Part shown: positions 49,253-63,856 of the stretch, piece by piece | Numbering within the stretch: the first letter of the stretch is position 1 | How the letters are laid out: each line of letters begins with the position of its first letter | Assembly (NCBI RefSeq): GCF_009914755.1 | Contig: NC_060941.1 | Strand: one strand, 5' to 3' | Length of the DNA: 64,000 nucleotides | Source: the human T2T-CHM13v2.0 reference genome, Homo sapiens | The notes under the pieces: generated by a model | What the model was told of the DNA's origin: nothing | Seen by the model: only the letters and a program-made list of their open reading frames with translations | Database searches by the model: none | Translations under genes and position numbers: made by a program

Positions 49253-49410
49253 CAGCGCCGAAGGTGTCGGTGGGGCCCCCACGCCCAAGGGGCAGGCAGC
49301 ACCTCCAGCCCCACCTCTCCCCAGCTCCTTGGACCCACCTCCTCCACCAGCAGCCGTCGAGGTGTTCCAGCGGCCTCCCACGCTGGAGGAGTTGTCCCCA
49401 CCCCCACCGG
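49253..49410 (+). CDS. ABI3: ABI3 coding exon 6 (proline-rich)
   Basis: SAEGVGGAPTPKG...ELSPPPP|gtaagg; 158 nt. Confidence 0.95.
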
Positions 49411-49579
49411 GTAAGGAGGTCCACCCTCTTCTTCCCAACCGTGGGGTCGCTTTTCTGCCTCCTGCCACTCCCCAGCCCACCTCTCTTGGATCTGCCCCGG
49501 CCAGCCTCAGTGAATGCCTCCTCCAAGGAGCGCAGCACAGGGGCGAAAGGAGACAGAGGAAGTGAACTAACATAACTTA

Positions 49580-50715
<1,136 letters not shown>

Positions 50716-50804
50716 TTACTGAGCACTTAACTATGTGCTAGCAGCACTGTGGGAAGACCAGGACAGGAGAGGGCTGGAGGAAGATTGCATGAAATGGGTG
50801 CATT

Positions 50805-51070
50805 CTTTTTTTCTTTTGAGATGGAGTCTCACTCTGTCATCCAGGCTGGATGGAGTGTGTTGGCAAGATCTCAGCTCACTGCAACCTCCACCTCCTGGGT
50901 TAAGCCATTCTCCTGCCTCAGTCTCCCGAGTAGCTGGAATTACAGGCGTGTGCCACCATGCCCGGCTAATTTTTGTATTTTTAGTAGAGACAGGGTTTCA
51001 CCATGTTGGCCAGGCTGGTCTCGAACTCCTGGCCTCAGGTGATCTGCCCGCCTTGGCCTCCCAACGTGCC
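50805..51070 (-). repeat. Alu, 5'-truncated
   Basis: Reverse Alu consensus. Confidence 0.88.
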
Positions 51071-51174
51071 TCGCTGAGATGGGTGGATTCTGGGGTCCAG
51101 CTCTTGAGCAGTTCCCTGACACACTGAAGGAGCTTCCTGTGCCACACTTACAGCCTTTCTGCTTTTCCCCCAAG

Positions 51175-51309
51175 ACGAAGAGCTGCCCCTGCCACTGGAC
51201 CTGCCTCCTCCTCCACCCCTGGATGGAGATGAATTGGGGCTGCCTCCACCCCCACCAGGATTTGGGCCTGATGAGCCCAGCTGGGTGCCTGCCTCATACT
51301 TGGAGAAAG
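51175..51309 (+). CDS. ABI3: ABI3 coding exon 7
   Basis: caag|EELPLPLDLPPPPP...EPSWVPASYLEK|gtacct; 135 nt. Confidence 0.95.
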
Positions 51310-51635
51310 GTACCTGACTTCTGGGACTGAGGGGCACCGGATCCCACTTCCTCTGTTGCCCTGATCCCCATTCTCCTCCCTCTGCAAAGGTGTGAATCTA
51401 TCCCCCGGGCCCCCCACACAATTTTTCTGACGAACTGACAGAACTGGGGAGAGGGCAGCTGGCCTGGTATTAAATATTAACTAAGCTGGGGAGGGGTCCT
51501 GAAGGCTTGCAAGAAGGCCCCCAAGATGGCCCCTAGAGTCTAGTACTTGAGACCGTGCATCCCCATGGTGGTGGGGGGTGAGGGGGAGAGGGCAAGAGGC
51601 ATTATCTCACGGCACCCTCTTCTCTTGCCCTGCAG

Positions 51636-51799
51636 TGGTGACACTGTACCCATACACCAGCCAGAAGGACAATGAGCTCTCCTTCTCTGAGGGCACTGTC
51701 ATCTGTGTCACTCGCCGCTACTCCGATGGCTGGTGCGAGGGCGTCAGCTCAGAGGGGACTGGATTCTTCCCTGGGAACTATGTGGAGCCCAGCTGCTGA
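51636..51799 (+). CDS. ABI3: ABI3 coding exon 8 (SH3 domain, stop)
   Basis: VTLYPYTSQKDNELSFSEG...DGWCEG...GFFPGNYVEPSC*; total 366 aa. Confidence 0.97.
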
Positions 51800-52079
51800 C
51801 AGCCCAGGGCTCTCTGGGCAGCTGATGTCTGCACTGAGTGGGTTTCATGAGCCCCAAGCCAAAACCAGCTCCAGTCACAGCTGGACTGGGTCTGCCCACC
51901 TCTTGGGCTGTGAGCTGTGTTCTGTCCTTCCTCCCATCGGAGGGAGAAGGGGTCCTGGGGAGAGAGAATTTATCCAGAGGCCTGCTGCAGATGGGGAAGA
52001 GCTGGAAACCAAGAAGTTTGTCAACAGAGGACCCCTACTCCATGCAGGACAGGGTCTCCTGCTGCAAGTCCCAACTTTG

Positions 52080-52085
52080 AATAAA
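52080..52085 (+). terminator. ABI3: ABI3 poly(A) signal AATAAA
   Basis: Canonical hexamer 280 nt after stop. Confidence 0.75.
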
Positions 52086-52465
52086 ACAGATGATGTCCTG
52101 TGACTGCCCCACAGAGATAAGGGGCCAGGAGGGATTGAAAGGCATCCCAGTTCTAAGGCTGCTGCTAATTACAGCCCCCAACCTCCAACCCACCAGCTGA
52201 CCTAGAAGCAGCATCTTCCCATTTCCTCAGTACCCACAAAGTGCAGCCCACATTGGACCCCAGACACCCCTCTGCAGCCATTGACTGCAACTTGTTCTTT
52301 TGCCCATTGCTTGCTGTGTGTGTGGTGTGTTCATATGTGGCTGGGCACTTGCCCAAGAGTGGGAACGATCTCCATGACTTAAGCGGGGCTCTCCGAGAGC
52401 ACCTCACTGTCAACTCTGAGACTGTCGCGAGAGAGATCTCAGTCATTTCTTCCCCCTTCACCTCC

Positions 52466-52471
52466 TTTATA
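52466..52471 (-). terminator. PHOSPHO1: PHOSPHO1 candidate poly(A) signal TATAAA
   Basis: Variant hexamer in an A/T patch ~860 nt after the stop; no AATAAA seen nearer. Confidence 0.5.
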
Positions 52472-53329
52472 GTTGTAAAACACCAGAGGAAGGAGGGGCT
52501 TGGGTTTCGCTGGTTCTGCTTAAAAACATGGCTTTCTGTTCCATGGGGGGTGGGGGGGATGCGTGGAAGGCCCAGCCCGCGAGGGTGACTTTGGTGAAGT
52601 CCCTGGTCTCTTGCTGCATAGACGAGGCTGGGATGCAAGGAGACACCGTCACTCTCTGCGAGGTTACTGGCTGTCCGGACCCGAGCCGGACGGTGCGCTA
52701 CCTCGTACCACCACCAGGAGGCGATTGTTCCTCTGGCTTTTCCTTTGGGGGTGCTAGAAGGGAGTGCGGGGGTCGGGAGGCAAGAGAGTGTGGACAGCAC
52801 AGAAATAGTGTGGGGTCGCGGTGGGTGAAGCAAGATCGCAAAGGCCTGGGGCCATAGGTGGAGACCCTCTTCTGCCTCTGTGGGGAGTTCTTGCGGCCAG
52901 GAGAATTTCAGGATCCTGGGTTCCCTCCACAGTAGACTGGAGGAGGGGCGGTCACGCAGCCCGAGGCAACAAGTTACAGCGGCGGGAGATGTTCCTTCTC
53001 TCACCTGCCGGGGGGGCCCCTTCCTCCCAGTTGGGAGGACCAGGAAATACTGCTGCCTTCCAAGGTTTGCGCGCCACCCCGCGATGGGTCAGACTCCAGA
53101 ACTCAACCGTGCACAGTGGAGTGGGGGAGGCAGCCGAGGTGGGTTAACTGAATAGATAGGGACGGCTCTGAGCCCCCTTCCCCAAGCCCCCAAATACGAG
53201 ATTCCAGAAATTCCCAGAGGGACATAACAAAGCCAAAGGGAAAAGGGAGTAGTAAAGCTGTCTTTGCCGAATCTCCCTTCCCCGCCCCCTCCGCCGTTGG
53301 CCCGGGTACCCCCCTGCAGGCGGCCAGAC

Positions 53330-54088
53330 TCAGCACGACTTCAGCACCTGTTGCAGGTGGAGGCGCACATCTGCAGCCGTTTCCCAGGGCACCACGCTGG
53401 CGCGGAACGAGCTGGGCTCGGCCTTCTGGGCCTCCTGAATGAGGCGGTGCATGGGGTAGCCGCGGCGCGGGAAGGCCACGTCGCCGCCCGCCAGCAGCCC
53501 CATGGGGCAGAAGTCGTTGGCGCCGTCGCCCACGTAGAAGAGGCGCTCGAAGTGCACGCCGTCGTGGGCCCGCTCGCGCAGGTAGTCGCTGAGCACCTTG
53601 TGCTTGCACATGTTGGCGGGGCAGCGCGCGCAGCTGTGTGTGTGGAACGGCCGCAGAGCCAGCAGTCCCCGCGCATCCGGCCCCGACGGGTTGCTGAGGA
53701 TGCGGCGGAACAGGCTGTGGTGGCCGGCGGCGCGCAGCGAGCTCTCCACGCCAAAGGTGTTGGCATCGGAGATGAGAATCACCTCGAAGCAGGCGCCCTG
53801 TTTTGCCACAAACTGCAGCAGGTCGCTCATGCCTGGCGACAAAGGGATGGCTTCGTAGATGGCGCTCAGGTCCCGCGGCCGCACGCCCTGCTCGCCCAGG
53901 TACTTGAAGACGCGCTGCATGTACTCGTTGTAGAAGCCCTCGCGGTAGGTGGCTCGCAGGCTCTCCGGGAGCCGCTGGCCCGGCGCGGCGCGCACGATCG
54001 AATCGTCGCTGTTTTCGTCCACGATAGTCTCGTCGAAGTCGAAGGTCAGGAGGAAGCGCGGCGCGCCCTGCGCGGCCATCCTGCCGTC
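53330..54088 (-). CDS. PHOSPHO1: Phosphoethanolamine/phosphocholine phosphatase, main coding exon (267-aa isoform)
   Basis: cccag|DGRMAAQG...; HAD motifs DFDET, ILISD, CK, GDGAND; 15+252=267 aa. Confidence 0.97.
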   Translation of the reverse strand, partial: DGRMAAQGAPRFLLTFDFDETIVDENSDDSIVRAAPGQRLPESLRATYREGFYNEYMQRVFKYLGEQGVRPRDLSAIYEAIPLSPGMSDLLQFVAKQGACFEVILISDANTFGVESSLRAAGHHSLFRRILSNPSGPDARGLLALRPFHTHSCARCPANMCKHKVLSDYLRERAHDGVHFERLFYVGDGANDFCPMGLLAGGDVAFPRRGYPMHRLIQEAQKAEPSSFRASVVPWETAADVRLHLQQVLKSC

Positions 54089-54208
54089 CTGGGAGCAGGG
54101 GGGAGAGCAGCAGGAGGAGGAGGAGGAGGGGGCAAGCGAGAGGGGGCGCGGCAGGAGCCCGCCCGGGAGAGGCTGGTTAGCGGGCCACGGCCAGAGGCGC
54201 TGGCACAT
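53330..54208 (-). CDS. PHOSPHO1: PHOSPHO1 292-aa isoform (upstream acceptor at 54215)
   Basis: Acceptor ctcag 127 nt upstream of the main one; ATG 54208 in frame, MCQRLWPW... Confidence 0.8.
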   Translation of the reverse strand: MCQRLWPWPANQPLPGGLLPRPLSLAPSSSSSCCSPPCSQDGRMAAQGAPRFLLTFDFDETIVDENSDDSIVRAAPGQRLPESLRATYREGFYNEYMQRVFKYLGEQGVRPRDLSAIYEAIPLSPGMSDLLQFVAKQGACFEVILISDANTFGVESSLRAAGHHSLFRRILSNPSGPDARGLLALRPFHTHSCARCPANMCKHKVLSDYLRERAHDGVHFERLFYVGDGANDFCPMGLLAGGDVAFPRRGYPMHRLIQEAQKAEPSSFRASVVPWETAADVRLHLQQVLKSC

Positions 54209-55730
54209 CCAACACCTGAGGAGGACCCAAGTCTGGTTAAGCTGGGAGGAGTACCCAATGCCACCACCTCTATCCCCAGCCTTCCCTGACTACTCCAGTG
54301 GCACCTCTTAGTTAACTGCAGTGGGGTTTATGCCCAGAGGGCTTCTCGGCACCTGTTTCCCCTACTCTCATCGAGGGCCAATGGGGCTTAACAAGGGTCA
54401 AAAGAAGGGAAGAGCAGCTTCCAAGGATCACCACTTTGGGGAGGTTTCTGGACTGGACTGTTTTGGAGACTTCCAGTGGCCCCTGTTGTTGGTGTGGATC
54501 AAGAAAGGGTGGTGGGAACTCTCCCCTCCCTCATTCCCTGAGGTAGAGTCAAGGGAAACCAACCACCCATCCACCCAACTGGACCAGTTTCCTCATTCTC
54601 CTTTTGGGCCATGGGGAATCTATGGCTCTCTGGGAGCTGCTTCTAGCCCAATGGCACTGAACAGGGGTCTAGGGATGGGGCACAGCTTCTTCGGGGAGTT
54701 TTAGGGCCCTGTGCTGACAGCTCATCACTAATCACTTGCCAATTCCCCAGGAGGAACGTGTCAGCAGGTGGGGTTTCTGCCAGAGTCCGAAGCAAGCGGG
54801 CAGCAGGAGAAGCAGTGGGGCTTGGGGAGGTAAGAGCCTCCCGCACCAGGCCATGACACACCTGGGAGACAGGTAAGGGAGAAGAGAAGAGAGCAGCAGT
54901 GGCTGAAAAGGCAGAGGAGTGGGAGGGGCCAGGTAGTGGGGACTTGGGGGGTGTGGAGGAGAGGGCTGAGAGGAGGTCATTCTAGGGGATCTTGGAGACA
55001 GACTGCTGGACAGGAAGACAGAGTAGGGGTAGGGATAAGGGAGTTCCAGGAAGCGGAGACCTTGGGCCAGATTCTTGTTGGAGGGGAGGGTGGTAGGCAG
55101 CATGGGAGAGGACAGAGGACAAGAGGGGACATGTCTGGGCACAAGGAAAGGCAAGCAATGGAGGCAGCAAGAGCCCTTGGCAGCAAGTTTCCATCACCTT
55201 TGCCTGCCAGTGTGTGAGAGGCGCAGAGGGGCAGTGAGCAGGTGACATGCAGCTTCCAGATACCCACACACTGCTTTTCTCCCGCCCAGCTCCCACCCCA
55301 GTTAATTGAGATGGGATTGTTTCTCTTTCTGGTTTCTTCCTAAGCCCCTCTCTCATATTCCTGGTGTGCTTATGGCCTGGCACACCTTGTGAAACAGAAA
55401 CCCAAGCTCCTCATTTCGGAGCTGGGATTTCGATTGGCTATCTGCCTCCCTAACCAAGCTGTCCCTTCCACCTCATCCCTAGAGTCACCCTCTGGTCTCA
55501 TCAACATCCAGTGGGCATTTCAGTGGCCCAGGATCCTTCAAATTGCAGATATAAAGCATCAGGACCCCACACCTGGGATGGAAGCTTCTAGGAATTAATG
55601 AAGCCCCAGTAGAGGTGAGGGTAAACCTAAAACGGGCTGGATAGGGCCTCTCCCAAGGCCCTATGGAAAGGTGATGGGAAACTGGGGGCTGAGGCCTCAT
55701 CCTAGGAGACCCCTGGAGGGACCCACTTAC

Positions 55731-55775
55731 CCTAGATAGGCAGCGGAGGCCAGAAACTGGAAAACAGCCACTCAT
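55731..55775 (-). CDS. PHOSPHO1: PHOSPHO1 first coding exon part
   Basis: MSGCFPVSGLRCLSR|gtaagt; candidate acceptors at 55842 and 55801. Confidence 0.92.
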
Positions 55776-56684
55776 TGTCGGTGCATTACCGTGAGCACCA
55801 CCTGTAGGGACTCTGTTGGCCTCCAGCCGTCGTCACACGTTCCTGACAACCACAAAAGTTCATTTGAGGGTGCCCAGTCAGCTGACTTTGCTTCCACCAG
55901 GAATACCCACCTGGCCCTGGTCCTTCTGCTGAGCTACAGGAGGCATTCCCAGGGTCTTAGCAAAAACAACCCCTCAAATAGGCCCAGTGCCTACAACTCT
56001 AGAGAGGTTTCAGATGGTATTGGAGACCCAGAGAAGTTAACTGACTTTCCCAAAAGTCACCCACTGTAAATGGCAGACAGATCTCAAACCCACATCTGAG
56101 CCTGAGTCCAGTGTTTTTTCTCTAGTATCATCATTGTCCCTTAAATGTGTTTGACACATCATAGTTTACAAATCACCTTCACTCATATTCTCTCACTACT
56201 CATCAGTCATGAATTCAGCCAATGAGAAGGGCTCAGAGAGGTTAACTAACCAGCCACGCTGTTTACATGGGGCATAGACTGCTTCATGAACGCTTGACTG
56301 CAGCTTTGCCTTCCTCATGCCCTCAAAAAGGAAGGAGCTGACCAAAGCTTACTATACCATAGCTGGGGTCTGGGACCCCCAGCCAGGTCTCACAGATGAT
56401 CTGGGAATGGCCTCCCTGTTGCTCTCAGGGGTCCGGCAGTCACACAGAAGAGTCAGGTTGAAATCTTGGCAAGACTTTGGTGTGGCTTTGGGAACTGGGT
56501 TTAACCTCTTGGGGACTTCACCAAGACAGTGGCAAAGGACACCACCTACAGCTTCCAGTGCCTCTCTACTCTCCCACCTGTGCTCCTGGGGTTGAATGAG
56601 ACCAGAAGCAGCTGGGACAAGATTTGGAAAGATAAAGAGAGCCAGGAGACAAGACCTTGAGAGAAGCAGAGGTCTGGCTGGCTG

Positions 56685-56698
56685 CTGCCCTCTGGTGG
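56685..56698 (-). promoter_or_regulatory. CTCF core motif
   Basis: Minus strand CCACCAGAGGGCAG, consensus match. Confidence 0.65.
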
Positions 56699-57310
56699 TG
56701 ACAATGGTGACACTGTAAACCCCTCTGTCAAGGTGACACTCTCCCCTGACTATTCAGGAGGGAGAAGCAATCGCCCCAGGACAGAGACGGGGACATCCCA
56801 GGAGCAGGGTACAGGCTCTAGCAATATCCATCTTGCGGTACTCCCTCCCTCACAACAACCAGACCACACATGTGTTAAATCCTTCTGCAGGGATGGAATG
56901 CGGCTCTCAGTTTTTTCCAAGAACTTCTAATCTAGGAATTAGGAGAGGTGGTCAAAGCTGAATGAAGCAGTGGGCAAAGAGAGGGTGAGGGATGGGAGAG
57001 AAGACAGGTCAAGGAGGAGGTGGGAGAGAAGGGGAGGGTTGCATGAGGGACAAGGAAATGGCATGGGTTGGAGCTGTCCCCAGTCCCTATCTGGAGGGAC
57101 TTCCAACCTTCCAGATTCCCAGCTGATATCACATGTCCAACCTCAGCCAGGCGATTTATAAGAGAAAGGTCAGGGATGCCACTCCCCTTGTAAAAGCAAA
57201 CATGCAGCATCTGGAGAAGCAAGGGGTAGATACAAAGATTCCAAGGGGTCACCAACAGCTACCCAGAGACCAGCTTTCATCCTATAGAGAAGGGTCTCAT
57301 TACTTTGCCC

Positions 57311-57408
57311 TTCCTTCCTTCCTGTCTCTCTCCTTCCTTCCTTCCTTCCTTCCTTCCTTCCTTCCTTCCTTCCTTCCTTCCTCCTTCCTTCCTTCCTTCC
57401 TTCCTTCC
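57311..57408. repeat. (TTCC)n microsatellite
   Basis: Direct reading. Confidence 0.95.
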
Positions 57409-57459
57409 TTTTTTCTATTCTATTGATCATTAATTATGGTCAAAACTTCTCATTTTTTC

Positions 57460-58090
<631 letters not shown>

Positions 58091-59551
58091 TCATCATAAA
58101 ATACAGTTACATTTTTCTGCTAATAATAGTATCTAGGGGATTCAGTTAAACACTTATTGTTTGGTGAGTTGCCCTTGTTTCTTTCAGTCTCCAAGGCAGA
58201 AAGTCAGGCATCTTGGGTTTCTTCCCCAGAAAACTGAGAAGGCCATGCTGTGACACCTCGTCCCCACCCCACAGGAGTCAGAGGAACCCCTTCCCCAGTT
58301 GGAATTTGGCTCCTGTGATGCTCCAAAAGGTCTCTCACCTCTGACACCTTTGTTCTGAGTCATCAAATCCTTTTGTGGTCACCAAACAGAGTCCCTCAGA
58401 GTAGGGGGCAGGATCTGAGCTTCTCTCACAGGCCAGAGCAGGGAGAAGGGCTTCTGGGGGGTTGCAGGGAGTCCATATTCTAGTCCCACCTAAAAGCAGT
58501 GCCTGCCTCCTTAATTCTGCACCGGGTCACAGATCCCTGCCTGCTTCTCCCGCCTTTCACACAAATGCTCTTAGATTAAATCTGTGGGAAGGGGGTGGGA
58601 GGGAAACAGGCCCCTCTCTGATACAGGCCCTAAGTTTCAAATTCCCCTCTTACTGGGCAGATGGAGTTCCTAGAAAAGTTTTGGGATAGTTTTCCAAAGG
58701 AAATGTGCAGAATGAGGATGGGGAGGCGAGGACTCCAGAAAGACCACAGTAACAAGCCCTCTCTGTCCAAAAACAAGTCTCCTTGTATCAATCACTAGAA
58801 ATCAGATCCAACAACTAAGCTAGAATTCCCTCCCTTTCCCAGACAGTGCTCCCAAACATGACCATCTTCCTTGCTCACCACGCCCGAGCAGCAGATAGGA
58901 AAAACAGAGGCCCAGAGAGGTCAGGCTAACATCCTAGGGGTCACACAGCATCGGAACCGCGATTAGAACTCAGGAGTCTCTGGCGCCTCTTGGGAGAATT
59001 GCAGCTGGAGCTCCCCCCTTGGCCCTGGAGACTCCAGTGGGCAGGGAGCTTGCGGTCCTGACCAGCTGGCGGTGGTGGCCCTGCGCCCTGGTGCCAGTGA
59101 GGCGTCTGGGTCTAGCAGTCACCTCTGGGCACTCCCTGGGTGGGAGGACAAGCTGGGAGGGGATCCTAGGGGCAGGGGCAGGGGCAGGGAGGTGGCAGCT
59201 GCCGGTAGGGTTGGGGGAGAGATATTTTTAGAGGTGACTAGGAAGCCAGCACTCTGGCGCACCCCCGGCTGGCGGGCGCTGGGCTCCAATGCGGGCGGGG
59301 GGTGCGCGGCTCGGGGAGGGGTATTGTGGGTGGCAGGGAGCAAGGGGACACCAATTCCTTGGCTTTGTCAGAGTCGGGGACGGAGGGATACCCCAGCACT
59401 ATGTTCCTGGGTAGGAGAGAGAAGGGGACTCACTCCTGAGCTCCAGAACTCCCCCAGTGCCACGCGCGTGAAGGAGCGCCTTCAAACTCCACAGCCCCCA
59501 CCCCGCGCCGGGACCCCAGCCCTCCCCTATCTCCCGGAGCCCAGGACTCAC

Positions 59552-59790
59552 GTGGGGGCGGCGGCAGCAGAGGTCTGTCCCGGCTGAGTTTGGAGTGTAA
59601 GAAGTGGGGAAGGGGGCTAGCTGAGGTATTGGGGCGCAGGATGGAGCAAGGGGTGCTTACGGGAATTGGAGGGGACGCGGTGTCTTATCCACCCCCGGAT
59701 TTCTGGGCTCCGGCTCACGAGTCCCTCCAGTCCCGAGGGACTGAGGATGATGTGCGTCTGAGCCGTCCCCTCCACTTGCCCCTCATCCCC
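59552..59790 (-). other. PHOSPHO1: PHOSPHO1 non-coding exon 1 (TSS approximate)
   Basis: Donor CAC|gtgagt at 59552 within a CpG island, downstream of TATA-like TTTAAA. Confidence 0.7.
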
Positions 59791-60010
59791 CCCGGGCAGC
59801 CGCCGCGTCCCCTTTAAATGCCCGGGAGCCGGAGCCGGAGCCGGAGCCGCGGCCGGCGCTGCGGCTGCTGCAGCAGCGGAGCCCACCGCAGTCCCCAACG
59901 TCACAAGCGACTGTCCAATCGCAGCGGTGCCGGCGCACATCAAAGGGGCGGGCCGCCCGAGGCCACGCCTCCCTCCTGCCCCGGAGGCTCCGGGAGCGCC
60001 AGCTAAGGTG
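59790..60010 (-). promoter_or_regulatory. PHOSPHO1: PHOSPHO1 CpG-island promoter
   Basis: TTTAAA 59813-18, half-CRE CGTCA, CCAAT 59915-19, ACATCAAAG 59937-45, GC box 59945-54. Confidence 0.75.
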
Positions 60011-60713
60011 GGATTAGGCTCTCGGGGAAAGGGTAGCAGGGTGGGGATGGAGCGCTGCCCTTCCGAGGAACGTGGGTGGGGGCACCCTCACTAGAGCGGC
60101 TGTGGACATACGCTAAATCCCTGCCTACACACCCAAAATTGCTAGGGCTGTGGACTTTCTCATCCGCCGCCTCCAGGGCTTCGGTTCTTGAGATTTGCAG
60201 AAGTGCACCTCCACCTCCTGCCCATTCCGCTGTCGCGTCCTAAACCCAGTGGGAGGCACGGGATGACCCAGCCCTCGGGACCCTTTTCCCCAGATTATAG
60301 GTTACTGAGGATTGCGGGGGTTGGCGGGAGGAATGACTCCCTACCCCCACCCCCGCCCGTAAAGTTGGTGGAGCGGGTGGTGACAGACAGTTTGCCCCTT
60401 TTGCAGATGGCCCTATAAATAAAAAACGCACTTTCTCCCCTGCTTCCTAAGAGTGTGTTTCTCCCCCACCCTAATCTCCTCCTTTTGGCCCTCAAAGCCT
60501 GCTAGTGAAGAGAAGGAGAGAAGATAGTGTTTCGAGAGGAAAGACGTGAAACTAGTATTTACTGAGAACATACTATGAACCGGGCATTCGAGCTAGGTCG
60601 CTGCGTTTATGGCTGAATGTTCACAACACTCGAGAAATTATTTGCCTAGCCGTTCAAACCCGGACACACCTGACTCCATTGGGTCACAAAGGGGTGTGTA
60701 GGTGGGGAGAATG

Positions 60714-61013
<300 letters not shown>

Positions 61014-61182
61014 TCACCCAGCTGGTAGGGCTGGGGTATCATACTGTCCCTCTCATTGTCTGTCATCCCTCCTCTCCTGTAAGCAACATGAGGACCATGT
61101 TTGTCTTATTGATGTACCCCCATCCCCTAGCATAGGCAGCCTGGCTGGTGCACAGTGGGCCTTATAGATGTTTGTTGAGTGA

Positions 61183-61918
<736 letters not shown>

Positions 61919-61940
61919 TATCCATCCCCTCCCCCTCCTC

Positions 61941-62226
61941 TTTTTTTTTTTTTTTTTTTTTGAGATGGAGTTTTGCTCTTGTTGCCCAGGCTGGAGTGCA
62001 ATGGCGCGATCTCCGGCTCACCACAACCTCGGCCTCCCTGGTTCAAATGATTCTCCTGCCTCGGCCTCCGGAATAGCTGGGATTACAGGCATGTGCCACC
62101 ACACCCAGTTAATTTTGTATTTTTAGTACATGTTGGTCAGGTTGGTTTCAAACTCACAGCCTCAGGTGATCCACCCACCTTGGCCTCCCAAAGTGCTGGG
62201 ATTACAGGCGTGAGCCACCACACCCA
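61941..62226 (-). repeat. Alu
   Basis: Reverse Alu consensus. Confidence 0.9.
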
Positions 62227-62532
62227 GTTTATCCATCCCCATTTTATAAAGAAATTGAGACTCAGAGATAAAAGGACTTGTTCAAGGTCACACAAGTGCC
62301 CTGGAGGCAACTGATTCAAATCCTAACCTTTTGAGGCAATTAGCAGCAGTTTCAGCCTGGTTTCCTAATTCACTGATGGGGTTAGGGAGGGTAGGCAGAT
62401 AACTTCCTTTGGCCACTGGTGGCTTCAAGTTTTTACTGCGGAGTTCTGCCTTCAGCCAGGTGGTGGGAGTGCCAAAGCTCGTGGGTGCTACCTAGAAACC
62501 GCCTTTGTGAAAAAGCTGTAGAAACTCCTAAA

Positions 62533-62872
<340 letters not shown>

Positions 62873-63110
62873 CTACCTCTCTTTCAGCTTTCTTTACTTT
62901 CCCTTTTCCTTGTACCAGTGAGTTGGATGATCAGTCAGGTACCTAAACATGGGGATAGAAAGGGAATGGGAAACCCATCCCCCATTCGGTTAAGACCTCT
63001 GCCCAGCACATGGGCTGTAGATCCTCTTCTCCTCATGTGAGTTTCACCTTAGGACTCAAGTCAGCCAACCTGGCAGAGATCTTGTGAACAGGAGTCATCT
63101 TAGGTGACAG

Positions 63111-63856
63111 TGTAACCGCCCAAGGGGTTCGCCTTGTCTGCTGCCTAGGATAGCCGATTTATCAAGACAGGGTAATTGTAATAGAGAAAGAATAATTCAT
63201 GCAGAGCCAGCTGTGCTGGAGACTGGAGTTTTATTATTACTCAAATCAGTCTCCCTCAAAACTCTTTTATTATTACTCAAATCTGTCTCCCCAAAAACTC
63301 GGGGATCCGAGTTTTTAAGGATAATTTGGTGGGTAGTGGCCAGTGAATCGGGAGTGCTGATTGGTTGGCTCAGGGATGAAATCATAGGGAGTGGAAGCTG
63401 TTCTCTTCTGCTGAGTCAGTTCCTGGGTGGGGGGCCACAGAACTGGTTGGCAGGTCCAGGTGGGGCCCTCTGGTTGTTAGAAATGGAAAAACCTGAAAAG
63501 ACATCTCGAAAGGCCGATCTTAGGTTCACAATAGTGATGTTACCTTCAAGAGTAATTTAGGGAAGTTGCAAATCTTATAACCTCCGGAATAATGGCTGGT
63601 AATATTTAGAATTCCAGCCCCTTTCATCTTGACTTGGTGGCTGGTGGCCTTTCATTAGTTTTACCAGAACAGTTTAGCCATTTGGGAAGGGCTATTATAT
63701 AAACTATACACTAAATTTCTTTCCAAAGCTAGTTCGGCCTACGCTTAGGAATGAACAAGGACAGTTGAGAAGTTAGAAACAAGATGGGGTCAGTTAGGTC
63801 TGATATCTTTTACTATCATAATTTTCTCAGTTATGATTTTTGCAAAGGTGGTTTCA
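63111..63856 (-). mobile_element. LTR8 solo LTR (ERV1)
   Basis: Minus strand starts TGAAACCACCTTTGCAAAAATCATAAC, ends GGTTACA; TSD ACAG/ATAG. Confidence 0.88.

Noticed and set aside
52165-53004. 279-aa minus-strand ORF in the PHOSPHO1 3'UTR
   Set aside because: GTG start, no recognisable homology, runs past the likely poly(A) site; compatible with chance in GC-rich DNA
53264-54289. 341-aa plus-strand ORF
   Set aside because: Antisense shadow of the GC3-rich PHOSPHO1 CDS; non-ATG start and no recognisable domain
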